A stretch of DNA of 45,343 bases, taken from Octopus bimaculoides. Taxonomy: Eukaryota. The number at the start of each line of letters is the position of its first letter. Positions within the stretch are counted from its first letter, which is position 1. This document shows, piece by piece, positions 23,250 through 35,587 of this stretch. The stretch lies in the NCBI RefSeq assembly GCF_001194135.2, contig NC_068984.1:88991477-89036819 (forward strand). The letters are read 5' to 3'. Made by a program: the position numbers and the translations under genes. The notes under the pieces are model-generated. The model worked only from the letters and a program-made list of their open reading frames with translations, made no database searches and was not told where the DNA came from.

Positions 23250-24421
23250 GGGTCAAGACTACCGATACAGAGTCTTCGATGTGAGCATGGGGTCATATGA
23301 TGGAGCAGGCATATGCGATCTTATTGGACTATTCCTACTCGATACGTTGGGCAAGGCTTTTCCTGGCGTAAACTTCGCAATTTACAAAGATGATGCCCTA
23401 ACTTTAACCGCAAATACCAATGGACCAGCACAGGATCGGTTTAGGAAGGATATTATACATTTGATGAAAACTTTCGGCTTTAGCATAACTACAGATACCA
23501 ACCTGACGGTTGTCAATTTCCTAGATGTATCCTTAGATCTAAATAAGAATATTTATAAACTTTATAGGAATGTGGGATCCTGCCCCCCCCCCATAGTGTT
23601 TAAGAATTTAGTTAAAAACATTAGCAAAATAATTTCTAGCCTCTTCTCCGATAGGGACATTTTTAATTGCGTTGCCCCAGTATATAATAAGGCTCTAAAA
23701 GATAGTGGTTTTAGCGAGGAAATACCTATACACCTGCTACCAGTCCAGTAATAAAGAAAAGAAAACATAGAAATAGGAAAACTATCTGGTTCACACACCC
23801 CTACTCACCCGAAGTGACCTTTAATATAGGCAAGTATTTCTTAGTACTGATAGATAGACATTTTCCAGTCAACCATAGACATAACTTAAAAATCAGCTTC
23901 AGCTCAACTATTAATTTTAAAAATATAATCGCACACAACACACAAAAACCACAATATGAAACTAGCTGTTCAGGCAGGGATAAAAATTTGTGCACGCTAA
24001 ATGGAGCTTGCATGTCTGAGACCATCATTTATGAGGCCACCGTGGACTCTATATCCACTAAGAACACAATTTCGACGAAGAAATACGTGGGCCTTACAGG
24101 GGGTAATTTCAAGGTCAGGTTCAATAATCACACCTTGAGCTTCAGGCACTGGGATAAAAAGAAAACTACCAAATTATCCAGTCATATATGGTCCTTAAAA
24201 GATAAAGGTGTCAGTTACAACATCCACTGGAAGATCTTAGCCAAGTGTAAGCCCTACACCAACGGCAGTAGAAAGTGCGGTCTTTGTGATATGGAAAGAT
24301 GGCTTATCTGGAAGGCAGCTTAGACCCCGCCACATGCCTAAATTCAAGAACTGAACTTTTCGGATCATGTCCACATGTGGCTAAATATTTGTTACGTTTT
24401 TGGTCCCCGCGAGATTACTGA
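23250..24421 (+). mobile_element. Penelope-like element remnant: RT C-terminal half, linker and GIY-YIG endonuclease (pseudogenised)
   Basis: MGSYDGAGICDLIG and YKDDAL RT motifs; TFNIGKYFL..IDRHFP; Cys linker CSGRDKNLCTLNGAC; IIYEATV..YVGLT..FKVRFNNH..LSSHIW..KCGLCDME; frameshifts near 23750 and 24320. The 5' part is hidden by a gap. Neptune-like grouping is inferred from the Cys linker. Confidence 0.92.
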
Positions 24422-25336
24422 TAGGACTGGCTTTCTATATTGTGTCTATGTACAAGCTTTTTATTTCTTTATACTTTTTACTTAAATTTCTTATATATTT
24501 TTTATAAATTTTTTTACATATTTATAGAGATATTGTTTTATAAATTTTTTACACATAGTTTTTCTGTATTCTACCTTCCACCCTGCTTTTTTTTTCCTGT
24601 GTGTATATAGACGTGTACATGTGACTTTTTGTGCGCGTTTGTGGATGAGTACGTGTGTGCGGATACGTGCGTATATAGACGTGTGTGTGTGCATGCGAGA
24701 ATGAGCGTATATAGATGTGTTTTACCCTTATGGCCTTTTTACACTTTTCTCTGTATTTTGCCTTTAGCCCTGTTGTTTCTTGGGCATGTGCATATATAGA
24801 CGTGCGTATGAACCTTTTTTGCACGCGTGTGTATTATGTGTGCGAGCGTGTTGCNNNNNNNNNNNNNNNNNNNNNNNNNNNNNNNNNNNNNNNNNNNNNN
24901 NNNNNNNNNNNNNNNNNNNNNNNNNNNNNNNNNNNNNNNNNNNNNNNNNNNNNNNNNNNNNNNNNNNNNNNNNNNNNNNNNNNNNNNNNNNNNNNNNNNN
25001 NNNNNNNNNNNNNNNNNNNNNNNNNNNNNNNNNNNNNNNNNNNNNNNNNNNNNNNNNNNNNNNNNNNNNNNNNNNNNNNNNNNNNNNNNNNNNNNNNNNN
25101 NNNNNNNNNNNNNNNNNNNNNNNNNNNNNNNNNNNNNNNNNNNNNNNNNNNNNNNNNNNNNNNNNNNNNNNNNNNNNNNNNNNNNNNNNNTATATTACGG
25201 AGATGTACTTGCATAGCAAGTGACTTGATCTGAGATCGTGTGCTGAAACGAAAATAATTGCAGCGTGGAAGGTGTTTATAAGCCATTTAAAATAAAACAC
25301 AAAATCCGTTAGATTCACTTCAACATTTAAATTTAA

Positions 25337-25387
25337 TTTGTCAAAATATTTTCGTCGCTTTGAGACCGCGACCTGTTCACTGACAAA
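25337..25387 (-). ncRNA. Minimal type I hammerhead-like motif with G3-C8 swap, inside repeat ~25191-25400
   Basis: Minus strand: TTTGTCA | GTGAACAG | GTCGC GGTCTCAAA GCGAC | GAAA ATATTT | TGACAAA. Confidence 0.55.
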
Positions 25388-25399
25388 ATTCTGTGCTGC

Positions 25400-25400
25400 A

Positions 25401-25460
<60 letters not shown>

Positions 25461-25461
25461 C

Positions 25462-25510
<49 letters not shown>
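25400..25510. repeat. Compound (TC)(TA)(GA)(GACA) microsatellite
   Basis: Read directly. Confidence 0.95.
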
Positions 25511-25512
<2 letters not shown>

Positions 25513-25654
25513 GAGAACGAAGGAGGTGAAAGAGATAATATGAGAGAGTACAAAGACAAAACTCATACGCATGCGCACACATGTACGTACACAACTTGTA
25601 TTCTCTTAGATTTTTATGTTTACGAAATTTTTGTTTGAACATCATTTTCAAAGC

Positions 25655-26060
25655 GGTTGTCCCGTCTCCCCATTTCTCTTTCCCTTACTTTTTCTTTCTT
25701 TCCTTCTGTCCTTTCTGTCTTTCTTTCGTTCTTCCTTTCTTTCCATTATCCGTCTTTCTTCATTTCTCATTCTCTTTTTCTCTCACATTCTCCTTTCTTT
25801 CAGATATTTTCTTCTACTACACTCACCTTCTCACCCACGTTTCCTCAGATATGTTCTCCTTCAACTTTCTCCACCTTCACCTCCATCTCTCTTAGATATT
25901 TTTTCCCTGTACTCCGCTCCTTCTCCGTCTACACTCCTCCGTCTACTAAACACACTCTCTCCTTCTCTCCCTCTCTCTCTCCCCCTCTCTCCCTTTCATC
26001 CACACCCCCTTGCTCTCAACCCTGTTCGCACTACCTCTCTATTTCCTATCCTTTCTCTCT
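25655..26060. repeat. Pyrimidine-rich low-complexity tract
   Basis: About 400 nt strongly dominated by C/T; source of the F/S/L-rich ORFs. Confidence 0.85.
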
Positions 26061-26204
26061 AGCCACTAGATATTGTTACTTTCGGAAGCACTTTCAGTTC
26101 AAAAGAACTAGAACTGGGTAAACTTTACTCCTGTTTTTCTTTTCTTTTTCTTTTGTCTTTTTTTCCCTATCGTTCAAAGCAAAGTAAATTGCAAATGTTT
26201 TTTT

Positions 26205-26420
26205 GTTTTGATCATCATCGCCGTCGTAGTCATCATCATCATCATCATCATCATAATCATCATCAGCTGCAACATTTCAGTCACTATCATCACCACCATC
26301 ATCACTCCATCATCATTAGTAAAAGCAGTAGCAGCAGCAGCAGCAGCACTACCACCACCACCACCACCACCAGCACCACCACCACCGCCAAAACCACCAC
26401 TCCGCTACCACTACCACCAA
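26205..26420. repeat. Compound trinucleotide tract (CAT/CAC/CAG)
   Basis: Read directly. Confidence 0.9.
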
Positions 26421-26889
26421 AAAAAAAAGAAAACAGATCTAGTTAAATCGATTCACAAAATCAGATTGTTTTCAATTTTGATGTATCAATGCAATTCTGA
26501 ATTTTGATTTCGCTCAACCAATTACTTTGTCTCGTAAATTAAAAAATCTGATGCTATTTGGAATTGAAGTTGGAAAAATTTGGATTATTTTAGCCAATCA
26601 ACAGACAGCGAGGCATTAACAGCTTGTTACCATGACAACCGCACATTGTGTTGTGTTTCACTTCACCCGCATGTTGTGTTGATTCTTCACACCACGAGAT
26701 TTACTTCACCCGCGGGTTTTGTTTTAATAAAAATTTATATTTATTAATTAGAATTTTATTGTAGATATTTTCGTCAACTGTCTTAATAATTTACATATTT
26801 TTCAAATATATTTTACATATATTTCGCGAAGTTTTTCTGTGTACTTTTTTTTGTGTTTTTATTTTTGTTCTTATCCACATTCAAGCCAT

Positions 26890-27085
26890 TTAATTGTACC
26901 ACTCTGAAAGAGATTTTGAAGACAGAAGTGGATGCAGTAAATTATTTTCACGAAAACGGTGTTATTCCTACAAAAAAAAAAAGCGGTGCAGTAAATCTAG
27001 GCACAACATGAGTACGAAAGTGGTTCGTGGGAATTTGTATTGGCGGTACACTCGCAATGGTTGCAACAAATGCCTGTCAGTTTAA
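26890..27085 (+). mobile_element. Probable Merlin (IS1016/IS1595-like) transposase N-terminal remnant
   Basis: With one frameshift in the A-run: LKEILKTEVDAVNYFHENGVIPTK-KRCSKSRHNMSTKVVRGNLYWRYTRNGCNKCLSV, resembling the decayed zinc ribbon C..C..M..WRC..C..S of Merlin transposases. Upstream direct repeats of ACTTCACCCGC. Confidence 0.45.
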
Positions 27086-27321
27086 ACCCAGGTCGTGCCA
27101 GAATGAGCCATTCTGTATTTTTATTGAAGATGTAGGACAACATTATTTAATGTGTCCTTCATTTTTAAAATGTTAGAGCATAGAGTGAGGGAGATTTGGC
27201 TGTTATTTCTAGCAAATTGAACAACGTTGATGTGTATAAGTAAACAAAAACTAAAGGAAATGGATCTTCATCTGTTTCTAGGATGATCATTCCAGTTGTA
27301 TGATCAACTGAACTAGTAACA

Positions 27322-27446
27322 CATTCAACTGGTACTTATTTTATCAACCCTCAAAGGATGAAAGGCAAAATCAACCTAGGTGGAATTTGAACTCAGAATG
27401 AGCATTTTGCCCGGTATGATAATGATTCTGTCAGGTTGTAGTCTTA
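27322..27446 (-). mobile_element. SINE family A, partial with internal deletion
   Basis: TTCAACTGGTACTTATTTTATCAACCC ... GGAATTTGAACTCAGAA. Confidence 0.75.
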
Positions 27447-28222
27447 TGGTTACACATTATATTAGCATATAACTAGCTGAGTATACCACAGCACACATCA
27501 CATGCACTTATATATTAATGATGTACACAAATACATGACAGGTGTACATAATACTGAAATACGCATAAAGTAAACACATGCAGATAAATATATTAACAAC
27601 AAATTTAAAAAATAATAAAAACATACAAAACACTATAGAAATCAATGAAGAAACAAAAGAAACAGTAAGATGATACATGTTGACATTATTAGGTAACAGA
27701 TCATTTTACGGACGCTTTAACTATAAATTTCACAGAGTACAATCTTAAAGTTGACACCGTTAAGTTGACGCCGCTACAACACAGAAAATTTCTGTCTCAC
27801 TATTAGCTAAGAATATGCAGTTTTTTTTCGATTTTTAAACGGCTGTAACTTTTTCGTCAACTTTTTCTCCACAAGATCATGGCTTCATGGGAATAAGAGT
27901 GGAAAACTGCTTCAATATAACCGATTTCAGATGCAAAACTTCCTTTTAAAAAATGCAGATTCTGTGAGTGAATTTAACTAGATCCCCCCCCCCCCGCAAA
28001 AAAAACTACCACCACCACCACTACAATCATCATCATCGTCATTATCATCATTATCATCAGTGGTAGCAGTAGCAGCAGCACCCTCCTGTTGTTTTTCTTG
28101 GTTACTTGAGTGAATTTAAAATCGAATGTTTTCTCAAACGAGTGTGTTAGAAGTAATATCAATGGAGAATAAGAAATATACCTGCAAATAAGATAAAATA
28201 GAATAAAATAAAATAATAATGA

Positions 28223-28420
28223 TTTCAAATTTTGGCACAAGACTAGAAATTTCGGCGGAATGGGTAAGTCGATTACATCGAGCCCAGTGCTCTACTGCTA
28301 CTTATTTTATCAACTCGTAAAGGATGAAAGGCAAAGTCGACCTCGGCAGTTTCCGTCCACTAAATCCACTCACAAGCCTTTGGTTGGTCCGGTGCCGCAC
28401 GGTGGGACTGAACCTAAGTC
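28223..28420 (-). mobile_element. Chimeric SINE: family A 3' part fused to family C 5' part
   Basis: A-type ...AAAGTCGACCTCGGCAG joins C-type TTTCCGTCCACTAAATCCACTCACAAG ... GGGACTGAACC at ~28348. Confidence 0.7.
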
Positions 28421-29565
28421 CACACCGTTGATTAACATCGATAACAATATTTATACAAAAGTTTACATTCCTATTGCATTTACTACTCCAGCTTCCTTCC
28501 AATAATGGACGTATTTTATTGCAGTTACTCTCATATTTCTCTCAACATTACATGAATCTAAAGAAGAAATGATACATTGAGTCACTCAGGCCCAATCTTT
28601 TGTTTGCTAACACTTCACTAGTTGCTCGAGCTTTTATTTATTTATTTATTTACCGTCTACTGTCAGTATCAGGTTTATGTAGTACACCAGCCACCACTTA
28701 ACTTATAACTGTATAGAAACAAAGAATAGGCTGTTTTGCATTCGGTATGTTGGCGCATACATTGCTACGGCCTTCTCTTCGAACTATGACTTAAGCTAGC
28801 TTGCACCAGTGGCTGGATATTATGTAATTGTCTCTCTGACGGTTAAACTTAATGCAGGGTGATAACAGGGAAATTATTGCTTTTCAACCCCACATCTGTG
28901 TGTTGAAGTTTTGTGGCGATTAATACTCCTATCTAAACATTGCTTTTTAAAATTACCAAAACAAAGACTACCTTTTGTTTGGAAACCTAAATAGAATGAA
29001 ATGATCGTAAAACAGAGGCATTTCTCCTTAGCTTTATAGTTGGCAATCAAATACACTGATTGAATGCGGCGTTGTTGAAGTGTTCACACCTTCCTCGGTA
29101 CATTAGTGGTATAAATGAAGAGAAATAAATTATCGAGCTGATTGCTTTAGTCTGAAGTTCTTTGGTTATATTCCTCAGAACCAAAGCTATCTACTGAGTT
29201 ACAAATCACTCATCTGTTTTCCCCACCCTCTTTACTTTGCTTCTTTCCCTCTTTGTTACTTTTTCTCCTCACCCTCATTCATTTCTCAGACAATCGCCAT
29301 CATAAATACCAATATTGAGTTACATCTTTTTCCGTCTCTGCAGAATCATCTCTCATCTAGCGACACCTATCGCGCCGCTTTCAAATAATACTATTCGAAC
29401 TAGCCAGTAGATTCCCTTCTCATTTCCACTGTATATTCTTTACCCAAAATAGAAGTCACACCTTTTCTATTTTTTAGTTTTTAAGAGACCACCTAATATG
29501 TAAAACATAATTCCTACAAATGTGAATATCGTAGCTCTTATCTTAGTGGGAAAATACAACAACAA

Positions 29566-29566
29566 C

Positions 29567-29629
<63 letters not shown>

Positions 29630-29630
29630 T
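29566..29630. repeat. (AAT)n microsatellite
   Basis: Read directly. Confidence 0.95.
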
Positions 29631-30500
29631 AAAGGTAAAGAAAACATTCTTCAATACTCTATTACTGTGCCAACCATCCAACCTTTTGTTTTTAGTCCTC
29701 GTACCAAAACAGTAACAGTCACAACATCAAACAGAACAGCAATAATAATGACACCAACAAAACAAGATATCAATAATACTCCAGAATGATGGATTCCGCT
29801 GTACGTTAAAATTTCCCAAACGAACGTTTTATCAAGATTAGATCTGAGAGAAGTCTTCTTATTTAATCGGAGATGACAGATGTGAAATCAATACCGAACA
29901 TTTATCTCTCTCAACTCTAATACAAATGTAAGTAAAGTTGATAGGGCACTCTGACAACAAGAAGAGAAACACTATCACCATTGCTACTATCTTCGTCGTT
30001 TTGCCTACATCGTCCCTCATCGTTTGTCACAACAACTGTCATCATACTACTGCTTGTGTCGCAGCGACCAAGACATTAATGTATCGTTAGTTCGCATCCT
30101 ATCACCGTCGTTGAGCAGTGTTTGGAGGGAGCCATAAAATTTCATATTCTTCATCCCTCGCAGCAATATAGTTGGTTGTTGATGACTGTAGTAGTGTGGT
30201 AGAAATATAAAGGTGTGTTAGTATCTGCAAGGGACTCTGGATATTGTATTAGTTAGTGGATGATACACTATTGTTTGCAGAAGCTATAGAAATATAATAA
30301 AGGCTATACAAATGTGCTAGAGAACTGGTAACTTTAGGAGTGTAGGAGTGAGCGTTGAAGGGCTATGGTGAATATAGAGATGCAGTGTTGTTTCTAGTGG
30401 TTAAGTGAAGGTAAGTGGCTTTGTTAATGAAACAGAGCTCTTGTGATAGTCGATGGTTATACGACTTTACTAATTTGCTAGCAGACAAAATACAAGTAAC

Positions 30501-30601
<101 letters not shown>

Positions 30602-30696
30602 TTTCAGCAAGGGAACGCCGAACAAATATGAAACTATCAGGCAGTTTGATGATTTGAAGTTACAAGATCAAATTTTTTACGATCGATATAAGTAAT

Positions 30697-30727
<31 letters not shown>

Positions 30728-31013
30728 ATAAATATAAACTTTCAATACTATAAAACTTGTGTTCTTCATCTTTAACAAACATATTAATGTCATTCTTCAA
30801 ATATTTGCAATGAAAACTGAGTTTCAGAATTGTTATCACAATTGACCTTTCTCACTACTACAACTATCATAATCTGTGGCAACCACCTCACAACTGCCGT
30901 CATGAACACTATCGCTACTGTCTTCAGACGATTGTTTCCTGCCATTTAACAAATAAGTAAAATATGTCCTCTGGTTATAACAACGGTCGGTGCTACTTTA
31001 ACATGTTGCCTCC

Positions 31014-31175
31014 TTGGGCATTTACACTTTAGCGTGCAGTCTAACCCTAACCCTAAACCTATTGCTAACCCTAACCTAAAGCCCTAATCTCAATCCTAAT
31101 CTTAATCCAGATCAGGTCATTTCACAGTATAAACTACGAATACTGCAGCAGAATGCACACTAAAATAGCCCCCAA
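31014..31175. mobile_element. Small inverted-repeat element enclosing degenerate (CCCTAA)n
   Basis: ACTTTAGCGTGCAGTCT versus the reverse complement of AGAATGCACACTAAAAT (14/17), outer TTGGG/CCCAA, and telomere-like repeats at 31041-31108. Confidence 0.45.
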
Positions 31176-31320
31176 TCTATCACATGTAAAATCCCCAGAA
31201 ATCGGGTACCTATTCTTGATAGTCAATTCTTCAACCCATTGCTTCACGCATAGACCTGTAACAGGATTTGATTTTAATATTCTTTAGTTAGATGCACACT
31301 TTCTTATCGACTCGGCTTAG

Positions 31321-31321
<1 letters not shown>

Positions 31322-31397
<76 letters not shown>

Positions 31398-31561
31398 GGA
31401 CGGGCGGACGGACTGATAGACAGACAGCAGACAGATAGACGGACGGACAGACAAGGCAGACTGACTAACAGACAGGCAGACAGATGGACGGACGGACGGA
31501 TAGACAGACAGCTTAACATACATACATACATACATACAGACAGACAGACAGACAGACAGAC

Positions 31562-31625
<64 letters not shown>

Positions 31626-31626
31626 G
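31322..31626. repeat. Compound tetranucleotide array (GATA/GACG/GACA/CATA)
   Basis: Read directly. Confidence 0.95.
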
Positions 31627-33819
31627 ACTGAACGGATGGATTGATCGATCGAGCTATTGAATGACAGATAAATCATTAGTTAAATAACATATTGATCGTT
31701 TGTCAATCTCTCCAATATGTAATTCCTCATGTGGGAAGAAGGCTGACACGTCAGCATTGACAGATTTTTATAATGCCGATGAGGAGAATGGTTGTTCTTG
31801 CTGATAGTAGCAAAAGTGATGGTGATGATGATAGCGTTGATGGTGATACTGAAGATGTTGATAGGAGCGGTGATTATGACAGTAGTATTGAATGGTAATA
31901 TTGAAGATGACTTCAACAGCGGTGAGGGTGAGATTGCTCATAATGATGCTAGTAGTGATGTTGTCATGACCATGTTAATAGTGATGACAATGAATATTAT
32001 TCACGATGTGTGAAAGCGAATGTGATTTTTGTTCTTTGTGTTCTTGGACTGCGAAATGGCAAATCTTCATCATTAAACGTATTCATTGCTAGAAGTATTT
32101 CTCTTGCTTTTAGATTCCAGGTATGCCCTGACAGAACAAAGGTGTCGTTCAAACCGTGATCTTTCTATCTTTTATGCCGGCTATATGTGTTTTAAGACGA
32201 TAGAGTGTGGTTTGAGTGTTTTGGCTGCTATTTCTAGCAGATCGGGTGAACATATAAAGGATACCCTTTTTAGCTAGTGCTGTTGATATTAAACGCAGAT
32301 AAAACGGTGGAATAAAAGATTGTATTTTCTGCAGCGACGAGCGAAGTGGTTGGTGAAAGTTCGTAGGTTGTCTTTTACTGATGGAAAATAGAAAGAATCT
32401 CTGTTAGATAACAGAATCCTTGAAGATGTCAGAGATGATAAAGTGGACGATTAATGGAAAGGCATCAACACCAGTTGATATGGTTCCAGATGTTATAAAT
32501 TGGAGGAGGGTGCTGCTAGCAGGTTCTCATGCTAAAATTGTGTTAACGTATTCCATGCTATCGAGTGCTACACAGTGCATAAGCATTATGTACGCGTGTC
32601 ACGTAGGAAGGTACACACCCAGTACTTCTAGATTTTTGGTCACTAAGGGTGGATAGCAAGAGATATGGTGTGATAAGGAAAAGATGCGAAGGTATATAAA
32701 ATACGTATAAACAGAATAGAAAGATTAAATATGAGAAAGACAGCAGTTAGTGAATAAATGGGATGATGATGGTAGGTTTTTGTTTTTTTTACATAATAAA
32801 AGTTAGTGATTATTTTCAATGAGTTTGATCTTTAGAACCATATTTTTTAGATAAACAAGACTGCGAGAGATTCTTTAATTGTATTTGTTTATGATAGTTA
32901 TACACGGTTAGAGCTAAAGGTATGGATCTTTGATGTTTGGCTGCCACTTTTCAATTTCTTCAAATTTTGTTCCAATTGATTTCATATTTGATATAATGAT
33001 GTAGTTTTGTAAAATAAACATTGACATGAAATTCATTTTCACCATAAATCAATAAATAAAGAGTTAATAGCTTTCAAAATTTGCAGATTTTTGACAATTT
33101 TAGCCAATCGAAACCCAGACATATAGATACCTCTTCCATAGTAACAAGCCAAGCGTTGGAAAAGCGTTTACGAAAAACCAAGTGTTTACAAACTGATACT
33201 GCTTCAGAAGAGCCCTTTTTAAGAGAGTGGAAATATTACTGTGTTTCTTGTCTTTTAGAGGAGTTAGAATGTTTTGAATGAATTATCCAATAACCCCAGT
33301 TAACACTGTAAAGAAATGCAAAGATAATCGAGAATTTTTATTCTTTTATCTTTTCTCAAAGGCTGTAAAATGCCATGGGATTAAAACTATTTTATTTTCG
33401 TATTGTGATTTACCTAAGAAATATTTTTCAGTATATCTTCTTTATTTCGAAACCATCTTTTTGTAAAAGTTTAGAAATCAGCAATTTTGATAAAACACAT
33501 AAAACAACAATGTAGGTAAAACATAGGTAAAATAAATGGTACTTATTCTGTTTATCTATTTTAATTTAAAATCTGTCACTAAATTCTTTATTTATTTATT
33601 TATTTTTGCTTTTTTTCGTTTGTTTGTTTTAATGGACGGTCTTCAGATTTTGCTTTTTGACATCAGAAATTCAGAATCTTCAAAAAATCTTATCATCAAT
33701 AAAAAAAATTGACAATTTTTTTATCGATAAAAAAAATTGATTCTAATTTTGCTTAAATTAGAAAAATAGCTTATGCTAATAACTACATGAAACATCTATG
33801 TAAGAAATTATTATATATG

Positions 33820-34025
33820 TTTCAAACTTTGGCACAAGGTCAGCAATTCTGGGGGAGGTTGTAAGCCGACTGCATCGACTCCAGTGCTCAACTGGCACTT
33901 CGAGTCCGAAAGGATGAAAGGCAAAGTCGATCTCGGCAGAATTTGAACTCAGAAAGTAAAGACGGACGAAATGCCACAAAGCATTTTGTCCGGCTAGCTA
34001 ACTATTCTGCCAGCTCGCAGCCTTA
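33820..34025 (-). mobile_element. SINE family A, full length
   Basis: TTTCAAACTTTGGCACAAGG ... ATTCTGCCAGCTCGCAGCCTT on the plus strand. Confidence 0.9.
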
Positions 34026-34454
34026 CAAATCTTTCTAATGATATCATTATATAGTATCATATTCTATTTCTCTGTAATTTTCCCTGAATGTTCAGATGAC
34101 AACCAATTCCGACAATGTCTAATTGTTGTCAATCAGTAATTTCAATATACTCTATTTCAATAGCCTTTAGGATCTAACGCTGCCCAACATTTACCAGTTT
34201 AACATCCTGGTCTTTTAGATGCTAAATGTCCATTATATCAATTTCGGTTGAACTACTCTATTCGAACCACGTTCTGAATCCATCGCGTCTTTAAAGTTGG
34301 CGTAGCTCCTTAAGATTTAAAAAATAAATATTTTGTCCACATCTTAAAGACGGCTAGAGATGACTTTTAAAATGAGAATATCTGAAATAAACTCGACTGC
34401 ACTCACAAACGAAAATATTAAAATGAACCCGACTGCTATAAAAAATTAAGTAAA

Positions 34455-34655
34455 AAAAATAGGAAAAATAATCCAGAATCTTTGTCCGGTACCGGATCGA
34501 CCTCAAAATCTAATCAATTCGTACCGGTCACGAGGCCAAACATCTCTGAAAGTTTAATCCGAATCCATCCAGCGGTTTTTGAGATATCTTGTCCACAGAC
34601 AAACAAACAAACACGACTGAAAACAATACCTCTACCTTCGCTAAGGCGGAGGTAA
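34455..34655 (+). mobile_element. Probable non-autonomous Helentron/DINE-1-like element, 3' portion
   Basis: (ACAA)n followed by terminal hairpin ACCTC TACCTT CGCT AAGGCG GAGGT (34628-34653) ending TAA; internal palindrome CCGGTACCGG. Confidence 0.5.
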
Positions 34656-34705
34656 TTAGGAGATAGTTGAATGGTAATTAGTTGTTATATTAAAGAGAAC
34701 AGGTT

Positions 34706-34918
34706 AAGGCGGTTACCTGGCAGAATCGTTTGCACGCTGGGAAAAATGCCTTGCAACATTTTGTCCATTTTTATATTTTGAGTTCAAATTCCACCGACGT
34801 AAACTTTGTCTTTCATCATTTCGGGTTGATAAAATAAGTACCAATTGAACACTGGGGTCAACGTAACCGACTTCATCTCTACCCCGGACTTGATGGCCTC
34901 CTGCCAAAATTTGAAACC
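34706..34918 (+). mobile_element. SINE family A, full length
   Basis: AAGGCGGTTACCTGGCAGAATCGTT ... GAGTTCAAATTCC ... CCAAAATTTGAAACCAA. Confidence 0.9.
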
Positions 34919-35587
34919 AATATTAAGGAGTTCAAGGGAACATTCCATCATTTCTTCTCTTGCTTTAATAGCTTTCACCATGAAGTGAAGATATCTTGCT
35001 TCTTATTCAGATTGGCGGCATTAGATATTAATTCGTAAAGATTGTTTCTTGAATTCTTTTAAAATAATTTTATCGATAAGTTTTTTGAGCTATAAATGAT
35101 ACATCATAAATATTGGTTAAAGCGTATTCCAAGAAAAAAAAGAACAACCAATTCCATTCAACAAAATAAAGTAAAACAAATGCATGTGTCCAAAACCTAG
35201 TCAACAAATGTATAATCTGCAACCTATCTTTTTCTTCTTCAAGCTCATTTAGAATAAGTTATAATTCATTTTTCAGTATGACCTTTTCAATAGAGATTTG
35301 TGGTAGAAAGAATCACTTCTTTGCTATTCATCAAAGAAGCTATTCAACCATATGAATGCAGTTAATATGAATTGACATGGTTTACGGGTCTCCAAAACAT
35401 TGTTAAACATTTAATCCGTTTCCAGACTTATCACGTCATCTGCACCTTATTACTCGTATTTTTTAAAAATATTTTACTGTCACAAGAGACATATTTATAT
35501 TCCGTAGATATGCTTCTTTTTAACTTCATCTATAAAGGATTGAGTTACATAATATAGTGGTATGTTAATTCTAATTACTATTGTGTG

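Noticed and set aside
31041-31108. True telomere or chromosome-fusion scar
   Set aside because: Only about 70 bp, degenerate, single orientation and enclosed by inverted repeats.
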